From: an uncultured bacterium | GTDB lineage: Bacteria; Actinomycetota; Acidimicrobiia; Spongiisociales; UBA5794 | Reading direction: 5' to 3' | NCBI GenBank assembly: GCA_963801165.1 | Contig: CAWDDT010000011.1 | Coordinates: 416,001-480,000, forward strand | DNA length: 64,000 nt | Shown here: one piece after another, positions 45,460-55,165 of the stretch | Layout of the letters: each line of letters starts with the position of its first letter | Numbering within the stretch: position 1 is the first letter of the stretch | The notes under the pieces: model-generated | The model's database searches: none | Told to the model about the DNA's origin: nothing | What the model saw: the letters and a program-made list of their open reading frames with translations, nothing else | Program-made: the position numbers and the translations under genes

Positions 45460-45729
45460 CTACCCCGTGTGGTGCGGGCTCTTCTCGACGACGGCGATGG
45501 CGGCAACGACCGCAACCGCGACCCTTGCTCTCTCCTTGGCCTTCTCGGCGTCGATTCGTTTCAGGATCCGTCCCATATCTGACGACGAGTAGCCGGGGTG
45601 CAGTTTCGACAAGGTGAGGGCTATCACGTCGTCGCGGCACGGCCCGCAGGTCTGGATATGGTCGTGGCCGGTCAAGAGGCGGTCGACTGTCGCCGGGACT
45701 ATCTGCTCTAGATCGTTGGTTACTGACAT
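45460..45729 (-). CDS. ComFB-family protein
   Basis: N.LE..V, TCGPCRDDVIALTLSKLHPGY, VVEKSPHH. Confidence 0.82.
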   Translation of the reverse strand: MSVTNDLEQIVPATVDRLLTGHDHIQTCGPCRDDVIALTLSKLHPGYSSSDMGRILKRIDAEKAKERARVAVAVVAAIAVVEKSPHHTG

Positions 45730-45814
45730 TGAAATCACCTCGTGGTGCGATGGTGCCGGCATGACGCCCGGCACCCCGGGTTGTTGCGAGACTGGAGGAA
45801 ACTCCACACCTTCT

Positions 45815-46282
45815 CTAGGCCTTTCCCGAATGCGAGCTGAAAGCCCCGTCATCGAACCGAAGCGAGGCACGGCGGGCACTCGTGCCCCCCACGCACGATG
45901 CGTCGGGCCGGAAACCGTGCTTGCGGAGGAGTTGGATCGCGAGATCGGTGTTGCGCTCTCCGATGCCTGCCGACTCGGAGTTGCCGCCGAACGTGAACAT
46001 CTGGGCACCCCCTACCACCCATGCCTTGCACCGTATCTTGGCGATTCCGGCTTCTGCCAGCTTATCCAGAAGGAACGGGACGGCCGTCTCCACGTACTTG
46101 CCCGGCTGATCGGGCACCTCCCCGGCCCGTGGCTGAGCGAGCAAGGAGTGGGCGGCGACGGCGAATTTCCCCGGCATGGCGATAAAGATCCCGGCGCAGC
46201 TGCCGAGACCGATCATCTCGATCACGTCACCGGGATCGGTGGCGACCGCGGTCTGCCCGATGCTCACAACATATCTCGCCAT
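45815..46282 (-). CDS. cheD: Chemoreceptor deamidase CheD
   Basis: GLGSCAGI, AHSLL, KYVETAV, GGAQMF, IGERN. Confidence 0.92.
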   Translation of the reverse strand: MARYVVSIGQTAVATDPGDVIEMIGLGSCAGIFIAMPGKFAVAAHSLLAQPRAGEVPDQPGKYVETAVPFLLDKLAEAGIAKIRCKAWVVGGAQMFTFGGNSESAGIGERNTDLAIQLLRKHGFRPDASCVGGTSARRASLRFDDGAFSSHSGKA

Positions 46283-46845
46283 CAGACAAGGGACTCCACA
46301 TGTCGCAGCGACGATGGACCGGGGAAGTAGACGAGCTCGGCAGGAGCACGCCCGTCATTGAGACGGAGCCAGCAGCGCACCAGCGTGTAGGGCTCGGTGT
46401 CGGACGCCATCGCCAGCACGGTCTCCATGATCGCCGCCCGGCTGCCACTTGCGGTCGCCGGGGGCTCGTAGTGGCCCTGTAGTCCGAACATCGAGCCGAT
46501 AGCCTCGAGGAAGCGGGCGGCAAAGATGTTGCCGATCTCTCCTATGGCCGCCGCTTCGAGCTCAAGAGGAGCGCCCAGAGCCGCAAGGTAGGGGGCGGGG
46601 TCTTCGATGAAGAGCGTGATCACACCGTCGAGATCCCCGCTGCACGCGAGAAGCACCACAGCTGTGTTCGGGCTCCGACCACTAATCAGCAGCTCGCAGG
46701 CAGTAGGTAGGTCGACCTGGTAGGCGACCGGCGGGTCGAGGGTCACCTGTGAGTGCAGGAACCCGGCAAGCGCGGTGGCGGCGTTCCCGGTCCCGATGTT
46801 TGCTATCTCGCTGTAGGCCTCGAGATACCGATCTTGAGCCACCAT
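46282..46845 (-). CDS. cheC: CheY-P phosphatase CheC
   Basis: SEIANIGTGNAATAL and GEIGNI motifs. Confidence 0.9.
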   Translation of the reverse strand: MVAQDRYLEAYSEIANIGTGNAATALAGFLHSQVTLDPPVAYQVDLPTACELLISGRSPNTAVVLLACSGDLDGVITLFIEDPAPYLAALGAPLELEAAAIGEIGNIFAARFLEAIGSMFGLQGHYEPPATASGSRAAIMETVLAMASDTEPYTLVRCWLRLNDGRAPAELVYFPGPSSLRHVESLV

Positions 46846-46904
46846 TTGTGATTCTCCTCGATTGAGTCCGGCACGTCGGTCAGGAAATGAGCCGGCTCTG
46901 CACC

Positions 46905-46931
46905 CTGTCGGCCGGTGCCCAAATAGGGAAA
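46905..46931 (-). promoter_or_regulatory. sigma28-type promoter for cheC-cheD
   Basis: TTTC-N15-GCCGACAG. Confidence 0.5.
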
Positions 46932-47016
46932 GTGGAATCTTCCGCCACCTCGACGGTCAAGGCAATCCGATCGCAGAGAGCCGCACCATTGCATAGGGGT
47001 GCGCGCGTTGGTCTGC

Positions 47017-47043
47017 TTTAGCGTTCCAACCAACGGCCGACTT
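47017..47043 (+). promoter_or_regulatory. sigma28-type promoter for fliM-fliY-che operon
   Basis: TTTA-N15-GCCGACTT. Confidence 0.65.
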
Positions 47044-47063
47044 TGAGCAGGTAGTCGCAACCA

Positions 47064-48008
47064 GTGAAGGCGCCTGTGCCCCAGAAAACCCTCAGTCAGA
47101 GTCAAATCGACGCACTCATCGCTGCCGCGGGCAGAAAGGTCGAGCCCTACGACTATCACGTCGGCAAGGCGTTCGACAGCGGAACCGTTGCCGAGATCTC
47201 GTCGCTTCACAAAGCGTTCGCCACAGAGCTCGCCGCACGACTCACCGCGCTGCTACAAGTGCCTGTCCTGGTCGAGGATCAGGGAATCGATCAGGCCCGG
47301 TTCGAGTCCTACGTAAATGCTCTGCCCAGCCCGACCATGGTCGGTGTCATCTCTTTGCGCCCCGGCGACTACATGGCCGTCACCGATATCGCCAACCATC
47401 TCGGCTTCGCCATGCTCGACGTGCTGCTCGGCGGGACCGGTCGACCGGCAGGCTTCCGCGCCTTCACAGATCTGGAAGCCATCCTCCTCGGCGAGATCAT
47501 CGAAAAGATCGGCTGGGCCGTACGTGCGGCCTTCGAGACTCACATCGTGTTCGAGCCGTCGGTCGCAGAGATCCAGTCCCGACCAGCGATAGGCCACGTG
47601 TCGGTTGCCTCCGACTCTGTCCTCATCCAATCGTTTCGGGTACGGCTCGACGCCCCATACGCCAGTGAGGGAATCCTCAGCATCTGCTACCCCCGCAGGC
47701 TTCTCGAGGCCATCCTCGAGAATCGCCCCGGTAGGGAACGGGCCGAGGACGATGGGACGACCAACGGAGCAACTGCCAACAAGGTCGAGGAAGCACCAGT
47801 CCATCTGAGTGCTCGAATCAACGGAGCCACCCTCACGCTCAGTGAGCTGTCGCTCCTCCAGCCGGGCGACGTAGTCGTGCTCGGGAACCCCGTCGACGAG
47901 CCGGCCATGGTCTCCGCCGGCGGCGTCAAATTGTTCACAGGCGAGGTTGGCCGTCACAACGGCCACGTCGCCCTCCGTATCGGCAAATGGATGCGCAATG
48001 ACCACTGA
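47064..48008 (+). CDS. fliM: Motor switch protein FliM
   Basis: LSQSQIDALI CheY-binding peptide, YVNALPSPT, DVLLGGTG..FTDLE, LQPGDVV. Confidence 0.9.
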   Translation: MKAPVPQKTLSQSQIDALIAAAGRKVEPYDYHVGKAFDSGTVAEISSLHKAFATELAARLTALLQVPVLVEDQGIDQARFESYVNALPSPTMVGVISLRPGDYMAVTDIANHLGFAMLDVLLGGTGRPAGFRAFTDLEAILLGEIIEKIGWAVRAAFETHIVFEPSVAEIQSRPAIGHVSVASDSVLIQSFRVRLDAPYASEGILSICYPRRLLEAILENRPGRERAEDDGTTNGATANKVEEAPVHLSARINGATLTLSELSLLQPGDVVVLGNPVDEPAMVSAGGVKLFTGEVGRHNGHVALRIGKWMRNDH

Positions 48009-48906
48009 AATCAATCAGCAAGCGACGCCCGGTCTCGCAGGCGCGGCGGCAGCCATGATCGGGGGTTCCGCCAAGAACCTCGGCCAGCTGCTCGGAGTGC
48101 CTGTTGAGTTCACACTGCTCGAGATCGGCGACGCCAAGACTCATGTACCGGAAATCATCGAGGAGGGCGTGCACCTCAGCGTCGACTTCACCGGGGCCCT
48201 CTCCGGCGACTCGTGGCTGGTCGTGTCTTCGGAGGACGCCAAGACCATCGTCAGGATCATGACCAAGGGCATGGGCGTCAACGAGGAGGACCTGTTGGGC
48301 GAGCTGGGCATGTCGGCCTTGTCGGAGGCGATGAACCAGCTGATGGCCGGAGCCGCCACCGCGCTCAGCGACGGGCTGGGTGAACGTATCGACATCTCCC
48401 CGCCGACGATCTCGACCAACCCGGAACCTACAGAGGACGAGGGCGATGCGATTGTCGTCACCTACCAGGGCGAAATCGGCGGGCAGGCCCGGTCCAAGGT
48501 CTACTGGAAGATCGACCGCGAGCTCGCCGCGAGCCTCGGCACTCGCTGGCTCGCCTCTACAGCCGAGGAGCCGCCGGCTGCGGTGACCGAACAGCCCGCG
48601 ACACCGGCGGCGCCGACTCCGGCCGTCGCTCAGACCGCTCCGACCGCCTCGGTCGCACCGCTGGGTGGGGGCGTCCTCGGCTCTGTCGAGCTGGACATAG
48701 CCGTCGAGCTCGGAAACGTCTCGATGACCATCGGCCAGCTTCTCCGGATGGGAGAAGGCAGCGTCGTGACCCTCAACCAATCTGTCGGAGACAACGTCGT
48801 CATGCTCGCCAACGGCACCCGCGTGGCGAGTGGGGAAGTCGTCATTGTCGACGGCACTCTTGGGTTCCGCGTCGCGGAGCTCATCACGGAAGCCAAAGGA
48901 GCGTAA
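47998..48906 (+). CDS. fliY: FliY-like switch protein (CheC-like + FliN domains)
   Basis: SALSEAMNQLMAGAATALS..IDISPP plus C-terminal FliN/SpoA domain. Confidence 0.82.
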   Translation: MTTEINQQATPGLAGAAAAMIGGSAKNLGQLLGVPVEFTLLEIGDAKTHVPEIIEEGVHLSVDFTGALSGDSWLVVSSEDAKTIVRIMTKGMGVNEEDLLGELGMSALSEAMNQLMAGAATALSDGLGERIDISPPTISTNPEPTEDEGDAIVVTYQGEIGGQARSKVYWKIDRELAASLGTRWLASTAEEPPAAVTEQPATPAAPTPAVAQTAPTASVAPLGGGVLGSVELDIAVELGNVSMTIGQLLRMGEGSVVTLNQSVGDNVVMLANGTRVASGEVVIVDGTLGFRVAELITEAKGA

Positions 48907-48912
48907 CGGGAC

Positions 48913-49272
48913 ATGGCAAGGATAATGATCGTCGACGACAACGCATTCATGCGTAGCACGATAAAGGGGGTGTTGACCCAGGCAGGCTTCGATATCGCCG
49001 CGGAAGCGACGGATGGAGCCGAGGCGGTCAGCACCTACGCGACAGCACAGCCTGATCTCGTCACCATGGACATCACAATGCCCAACATGGACGGGGTCGA
49101 AGCCCTCAAAGAGCTGCTCAAGGCAGACCCCGGAGCCAAGGTAGTGATGGTTTCTGCGATGGGCCAGGAGTCGCTGGTTGTCGAAGCAGTCACCGCAGGC
49201 GCAGTCGATTTTGTCATCAAGCCGTTCGAGCCGGATCGTGTCGTCGACGCGATCAACAAAGCCCTGGCTTGA
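48913..49272 (+). CDS. cheY: Chemotaxis response regulator CheY
   Basis: IVDDNAFMR, PDLVTMDITMP, SAMGQ, FVIKPF (Bacillus-type). Confidence 0.93.
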   Translation: MARIMIVDDNAFMRSTIKGVLTQAGFDIAAEATDGAEAVSTYATAQPDLVTMDITMPNMDGVEALKELLKADPGAKVVMVSAMGQESLVVEAVTAGAVDFVIKPFEPDRVVDAINKALA

Positions 49273-49781
49273 GCGTCATTCAAATGGAGGAAACAATGCA
49301 AGCGATTGAGAAGCAGGATCAACTGCAGCTCGTTGCCTTCCGGCTCGGGGCCGAGGAGTACGCGATCCCGATCGAGATGGTGGAGAGCATCATCAAGCTC
49401 GGACCGTTGACCAGTGTCCCCGGCTCGCCGTCATATGTGCGCGGCGTCATGAACCTGCGGGGACGCATCATGTCTGTCATCGACCTCCGGCACCGTTTCG
49501 GAATGCCCTCCGAAGCGGATCAGCCGGATGGCCGGATCCTCGTTGTCCAGTACGGCGACACGACCATCGGGTTGCTCGTCGACAGTGTCTCGGAGGTGTT
49601 CAACCTGGACGAGATGGAGTTCCAGCCGCCGCCACCGGAACTGGGCAACGGTGCCGTCGGCGGAGTCGACGGGATTGTACATGCCGGCAACCGGCTGATC
49701 GTCCTGCTCAACGTGGAATCCATTCTCCGCTCCACCGCGGACATCGAGTCCGCGGGTGATATGGCGACCACCACGTCATGA
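49269..49781 (+). CDS. cheW: Coupling protein CheW
   Basis: LVAFRLGAEEYAIPI, VPGSPSYVRGVMNLRG, GLLVDSVSEV. Confidence 0.94.
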   Translation: MSVIQMEETMQAIEKQDQLQLVAFRLGAEEYAIPIEMVESIIKLGPLTSVPGSPSYVRGVMNLRGRIMSVIDLRHRFGMPSEADQPDGRILVVQYGDTTIGLLVDSVSEVFNLDEMEFQPPPPELGNGAVGGVDGIVHAGNRLIVLLNVESILRSTADIESAGDMATTTS

Positions 49782-50827
49782 ACACGACGAGCCGTGTTGT
49801 AGTTGTCGACGACTCTGCCATGATGCGGCAGACGGTATCTGACGCCCTCACCGCCATACGCGGTGTTGAGATCGTGGCCGTTGCGGCCAGCGGTCCCGAA
49901 GCCGTCAGAGTCATCGCCGAGTACAAGCCCGATATCGTTTCCCTCGATATCGAGCTTCCCGGACTGAATGGTCTCGGGGTCCTCCAAAAGACGATGCAAG
50001 ACAATCCGACACGGGTCGTTCTGGTGTCTGCTCACACCACGGCAGGTGCGGAAACAACGATCGAGGGGCTCGCCCTCGGTGCGCTCGACTTTGTGCCGAA
50101 GCCGAGCGCTACGGAAGGCATCGACGTCTTCCGGGTTCGGCTGCGAAGAACGTTCCGGGCGGCTCTTGCCGCCAAGCTCCCTCAGCCGGCCTCGGCGACG
50201 CGAGCGCCGATCGTCGGCGAAATCGCACCCCTGCGACCTACGTCGCTCGCCGTGATCGCTTCCTCGACAGGAGGACCACAGGCGCTCCATGACTTCTTCT
50301 CGGCGTTCACCAGGACGCCCCCGTTCCCTATCGCTGTTGTCCAGCACATGCCTCCCACGTTCACGGCGAAGATGGCTGAGCGTCTCGATCGAATCGGCGT
50401 TGTCGCAGTTGCCGAGGCGCAAGACGGTGATCGTCTCGAGCGGGGCAGGGCGCTGATCGCTCCCGGTCACGCTCACCTGGAGATCCATGGGGACCGGGTC
50501 AGGTTGAGCGACAGCCCGCCTGTGGGTGGTCTCCGCCCCCGCGCCGACATCGCCATGACCACGGCCGTTGAGCACTACGGCGAGCACATGATCGCAATGG
50601 TGATGACCGGGATGGGCACCGACGGGCTGATCGGTTGCCGCGACGTCAAGCGCTCCGGTGGCCAGATCATCGCCCAGGATGGCCCTTCCTCGACCGTGGA
50701 CGGCATGCCGCGCGCCATCCGCAACGCCGGTATCGCCGATCGGATCGGCCCACCCCATGTCATGGCCAGGATCCTCGAGGCGACTCCGGCAGAGCCGAGA
50801 CGCCTCGCCCCGGCGGAAAGGCTGTGA
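49778..50827 (+). CDS. cheB: Methylesterase CheB
   Basis: Receiver domain plus SSTGGPQAL, VQHMP, MTGMGTDG. Confidence 0.95.
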   Translation: MNTTSRVVVVDDSAMMRQTVSDALTAIRGVEIVAVAASGPEAVRVIAEYKPDIVSLDIELPGLNGLGVLQKTMQDNPTRVVLVSAHTTAGAETTIEGLALGALDFVPKPSATEGIDVFRVRLRRTFRAALAAKLPQPASATRAPIVGEIAPLRPTSLAVIASSTGGPQALHDFFSAFTRTPPFPIAVVQHMPPTFTAKMAERLDRIGVVAVAEAQDGDRLERGRALIAPGHAHLEIHGDRVRLSDSPPVGGLRPRADIAMTTAVEHYGEHMIAMVMTGMGTDGLIGCRDVKRSGGQIIAQDGPSSTVDGMPRAIRNAGIADRIGPPHVMARILEATPAEPRRLAPAERL

Positions 50828-50828
50828 T

Positions 50829-51611
50829 GTGAACACCCTAGAGGCAGTGCGCACCATCATGAGCCGGTACGAGTCACTCGAGATCGGGGGGATTCGCGAT
50901 GCCCAGCTCGAACGTCGCATCTCGAGCTTCATGCGTCGGTCGGCTATCGGCGACGAGGCAGAGCTGCTCGCCGGTCTGCGGCGCGACCCCGCGCTACGGG
51001 CTCGCATGATCGACGCACTGACGATCAACGTCACCTCCGTTTACCGGAATGCCTCCGCGTGGGACCTCCTCCGCAAGGAGTTCCTCCCCGGGATGGGACA
51101 CCGCGTCAAGATGTGGAGTGCCGGTGCATCGACGGGTGCCGAGGCGTACTCGATGGCGATCGTCGCCAAGGAGAACGGGCAGACCGCCGACATAACCGCG
51201 ACCGACATCGACCAGCGCAGCCTCGACAAGGCAGTCCTCGGTCGGTACTCGAAACAAGAACTCAACGAGGTGCCCACCGACATACGGGCGAAGTACTTCA
51301 CCGAGGACGATGACGAATGGGTCGTCGACCCTACTCTGCGCCGGTCGATCCGTTTCGCTAAACACGATCTCCTGGCCGAGCCCGCAGTTGGCAGTCGGTT
51401 TGACCTGATCGCTTGCCGGAACGTCGTTATCTACTTCAGCGCCGCCGCCCAGCGCGACCTCCATCGCAAACTGGCGGCTGCACTTCGCCCCGGCGGGGTG
51501 CTCTTCATCGGAGGGGCCGAGCGTGTCGCAGAACCGGAGGCGCTCGGCCTCGAAACAAAGCAACGACCCTTCTACGTGCGTAGGGAAGACATCAAGGCGG
51601 TAGCGGTATGA
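50829..51611 (+). CDS. cheR: Methyltransferase CheR
   Basis: LTINVTSVYRN, WSAGASTGAEAYS, ATDID, FDLIACRNVVIYF. Confidence 0.93.
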   Translation: MNTLEAVRTIMSRYESLEIGGIRDAQLERRISSFMRRSAIGDEAELLAGLRRDPALRARMIDALTINVTSVYRNASAWDLLRKEFLPGMGHRVKMWSAGASTGAEAYSMAIVAKENGQTADITATDIDQRSLDKAVLGRYSKQELNEVPTDIRAKYFTEDDDEWVVDPTLRRSIRFAKHDLLAEPAVGSRFDLIACRNVVIYFSAAAQRDLHRKLAAALRPGGVLFIGGAERVAEPEALGLETKQRPFYVRREDIKAVAV

Positions 51612-53590
51612 ACACGGAATATCTCGATCAATTCGTCGAGGAAGCTCGAGAGAACGCCGAGGAGCTCGTCGCCGGTCTCCTCAGGCTCGAGAATGAGGAG
51701 GGCGACGCGGTCGTCGCCACTATCGCCGAGCTCTTCCGCTATGCCCACAACATCAAAGGTATGGCCGCGACCGTCGGCATCGACGCCATGACCATCGTGT
51801 CGCATCGGATGGAGGATCTACTCGAGCACTACCGGCAAGGCGGTGGGAGCCCGACACCCGAAGAGACAGATCTTCTGCTGTCGGGCTGCGACGTCCTCTC
51901 CGCCATGGTCGATGAAGCGGCGGCAGGGACGAATCCTGAGATGCCGGTGGCGTTGATCGGCCAGTTCGACGGACACGCCGCAGCCCTCAACGGTGCCGGC
52001 ACCAAGCCGGAGAAGGACACACCGGCTCCCGAAGAAGCGGAGAACCCGTCGGCACCGGCGACAGCCGATCCGGCGTCGTCAGGACAGCCGACGCATCGCC
52101 TCACAGTGAAGCTTGCCGACGATTGCCAACTGCCCGGGGCCCGAGCCGCCATGGTCATGCGTACGGCCTCAGCGGCGGGAAAGGTCGAGGCAACAGCCCC
52201 GTCTCACGAGGAGATCATCTCCGGTGGGATCAAAGAGTTCAGCCTGGACATGAGCGGCGTCGCCGACGTCGCTGCCCTCCTGACCCGGATCGCCGGCATT
52301 GCCGACGTGTCCGAAGTGACCGAGCAGCCGCTGGCGCCAAAGCCGCAAAAGGCCGCCGAGACCACATCGGCGCAGCGGGCCACGGTTCGTGTGGAGATCG
52401 AACGTCTCGACGCGTTGATGGATCTCGTCAGCGAGCTCGTTATCGCTCGTGGACAGCTGGAACAACAGGTCGGGCTGTCCGGTGACCGCCAGATCCACGA
52501 ATCGGTGGCCGGTACGGCACGTTTGATCTCGGACCTCCAGGCGCTGGTAGCGAAGGTGCGCATGGTCACTCTCGAGTCGACGTTCCGGCGGATGAACCGT
52601 CTCGTACGCGACACGGCACGAACGCTGGGCAAGAAGATCAACTTCGAGATGACCGGCGCTGAGACCGAACTCGACAGACGCATGGTCGACGAGCTGAGCG
52701 ACCCTCTCGTCCACCTGCTCCGCAATGCCGCCGACCACGGCGTCGAGACATCGAAGGAACAGCGCCTTGCCGCCGGCAAGCCGGAGGCGGGCACAATGCG
52801 TCTGGCGGCGTATCACGAAGGCAACCAGGTCGTGATCGAGGTCAGCGACGACGGTCCCGGGATCAACACCGAGAGGGTGTGCGCCAAAGCCGTTGAGAAA
52901 GGAATCATCGGAGCAGATGACGTTGGCGCTCTCACCCATGCCCAGAAGCTCGATCTGGTGTTCGCACCGGGTCTGTCAACACGGACCGAAGCGAGCACCA
53001 TCTCGGGCCGGGGCGTCGGCATGGATGTTGTCCGCTCATCAGTCAATCGTCTCGGCGGATCGGTAAGCGTCGAATCGAACAACGGTCAAGGAAGCATCTT
53101 CCGGCTACGGCTGCCGATGTCCCTAGCTGTTCTCGAAGCCTTGCTCGTGACGGTGGGCAACGAAACGTGGGCCGTGCCGCTCGCGCACATCGTCGAGACC
53201 ATCGTCATCGGCAAGGACGACCTCCGCTGGGTACAGGGAGATCCCGTCATCACTCTGCGAGGAGCGACCATTCCGGTGATCCCGGGAAGCTGCCAGCTCT
53301 CCGGTGAATCCACGATGCGCACCCCAACACCGGCCATCGTCTACCAGTACCAGGGCAGGCGCTGTGCGCTCACCGTCGACCAGCTCCTCACCCAGACCGA
53401 GGTCGTCGTCAAGCCGTTGCCCGGCTCGCTCGACGCCTCCCACGTCTCAGGGGTAACCATCCTCGGCGACGGAACGGTCGGGCTGATCCTCGATCTGGAC
53501 AGCATTACCGCTGCGTACACGGCGCGAGATCGGTCGACGCGCATCAGCGTTGTCGACGAAGAAGAGCTAGTTCTGACCGGCGAGGTGTGA
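51608..53590 (+). CDS. cheA: Chemotaxis kinase CheA
   Basis: FRYAHNIKG (Hpt), HLLRNAADHG, SGRGVGMDVV, CheW-like P5 domain. Confidence 0.97.
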   Translation: MNTEYLDQFVEEARENAEELVAGLLRLENEEGDAVVATIAELFRYAHNIKGMAATVGIDAMTIVSHRMEDLLEHYRQGGGSPTPEETDLLLSGCDVLSAMVDEAAAGTNPEMPVALIGQFDGHAAALNGAGTKPEKDTPAPEEAENPSAPATADPASSGQPTHRLTVKLADDCQLPGARAAMVMRTASAAGKVEATAPSHEEIISGGIKEFSLDMSGVADVAALLTRIAGIADVSEVTEQPLAPKPQKAAETTSAQRATVRVEIERLDALMDLVSELVIARGQLEQQVGLSGDRQIHESVAGTARLISDLQALVAKVRMVTLESTFRRMNRLVRDTARTLGKKINFEMTGAETELDRRMVDELSDPLVHLLRNAADHGVETSKEQRLAAGKPEAGTMRLAAYHEGNQVVIEVSDDGPGINTERVCAKAVEKGIIGADDVGALTHAQKLDLVFAPGLSTRTEASTISGRGVGMDVVRSSVNRLGGSVSVESNNGQGSIFRLRLPMSLAVLEALLVTVGNETWAVPLAHIVETIVIGKDDLRWVQGDPVITLRGATIPVIPGSCQLSGESTMRTPTPAIVYQYQGRRCALTVDQLLTQTEVVVKPLPGSLDASHVSGVTILGDGTVGLILDLDSITAAYTARDRSTRISVVDEEELVLTGEV

Positions 53591-53591
53591 T

Positions 53592-55059
53592 GTGACCACG
53601 ATGACGGAGGCTCCCCCGGAGAAGGCGGCGGACACGTCCGCGGCGCCGGCGAGCGCGACTACGTCATCGCCGTCACGCAACAACGGGCTCCTGGTGGCTC
53701 TCGGTGTCAACGAAGCTGCACTACAGCGAGCCCGAGACACCAGCGGGTTCGAAGTGAGTACCGATGCTGCGGAGCTACAAGCCGCCACGCTCGTGGCGAT
53801 CTCCACACGGATGGGACGGGGGAAGGCCCCGCGGATACCGGAGGACATCGACCGCGAGGTTACGCCTGTGGTGGTCATCTGCCATCCCGGTGGTGAGGAG
53901 ACCGCCGTCGAGCTGATGCGCCAGGGCTGCTCCGGCGTCATTGCCGAAGGCAACGAGAGAGCCCTCGGCTCATTCGTGGACCCGGACCAACACACCGACG
54001 TCCTCATGGATGGCTACCTGGAGCAGCTCGAGAAGACACGCGGGAGGCAGCACCCGCCGCCGCGATCCGGTGACCAACCTTCCGGAAGTAGCGTCGTTCG
54101 AGATGCGGCTCGGCGAGTTCATCGAGGCCGGGACTCCGCCCAACGTGATGATGATGCAGATCACCAACCTGGACCACGCCCGAGACCGCACGGACTCGAG
54201 GGCGATCAACCTGCTCCGGCGCCGCCTGGCGAGCTTCTACAACGATGCGGCGCAGCGGTACTCCTGCGAGGTGTTCAGCCTCGGGCAATCGACGTTTGCG
54301 GTACTCGACGGGAAACAGCTACTTGTCAGCCCGGAGCGCTTTGCCCACGAGCTGATCCAGATGACCGAGGCTTTCCGTCCCGCCGGAATCAAGCTGAAGC
54401 TTGCGGTTGGCGCCGTCATCGCCAGCGCCGAGAGCGAAGTGATGGCAATCCGCGACCAGGCGGAACAGGCCGTTGTCGCTGCGGCGCAGGCCGACGGGAG
54501 CTCGTATGTAACCGCCGACCAGGTGACGGTCCTGCTGGCCGCTATTACCGAATACTCGGTTGCTCAGCTTCTCGTGGGTATCGTCGACAGCCTGGTTCCC
54601 GGTCCTCCCGGACACAGCAACCGGGTGACCGAGCTCGCCTCCGACCTCGCCAGAGAGCTCGGGTATCAAGGCCGCGAGCTCAACAACCTGCGATTGGCAG
54701 CACTCCTACACGAGGTGGGGCGGCTCCCGCTCGGCGACGAAGATCCGGTCACCGACGAGACCCACCCGGAACGAGGCGCCCGCTACGTGCTTGCGTCTGC
54801 GGGCCCTGAGATCGCTGACGCGATCCGGTATCAAGCCGAGCGATGGGATGGGGCCGGCCCGGCCGCGCTCGTCGAAGACGACATCCCGCTTTCGGCCCGG
54901 ATCATCGCCATCGCCGAGGCGACCGACGACCTCCTTTACCCACCGTCCGGTCAGCCCGTGGCGCCAAACGAGCTGATCGAGAAGCTCGAGGCGGAGTCCG
55001 GGTCGCGATTCGACCCCAACCTGGTGAACACGGCGGTGCGTCTGTTCGGCGGGATGTAG
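53592..55059 (+). pseudogene. Frameshifted signalling protein: receiver-like + degenerate GGDEF + degenerate HD-GYP
   Basis: Frame of 53592 is coding-like up to LEQLEKTR; the +1 frame continues GGSTRRRDPVTNLP..HSNRV..ALLHEVG..ERWDG..IPLSARIIAIA..FDP. Deleting one G at 54042-54044 fuses them. Confidence 0.7.
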
Positions 55060-55165
55060 CGGCCTCAAACGTCGATGAGGCCGGAGTCCCCTCCGTGAAT
55101 CTGCACCGGTGGACTGCGCATCTGGTGTGCGGTCTTGACATCATCTACGCCGACCTGGAGGACTG

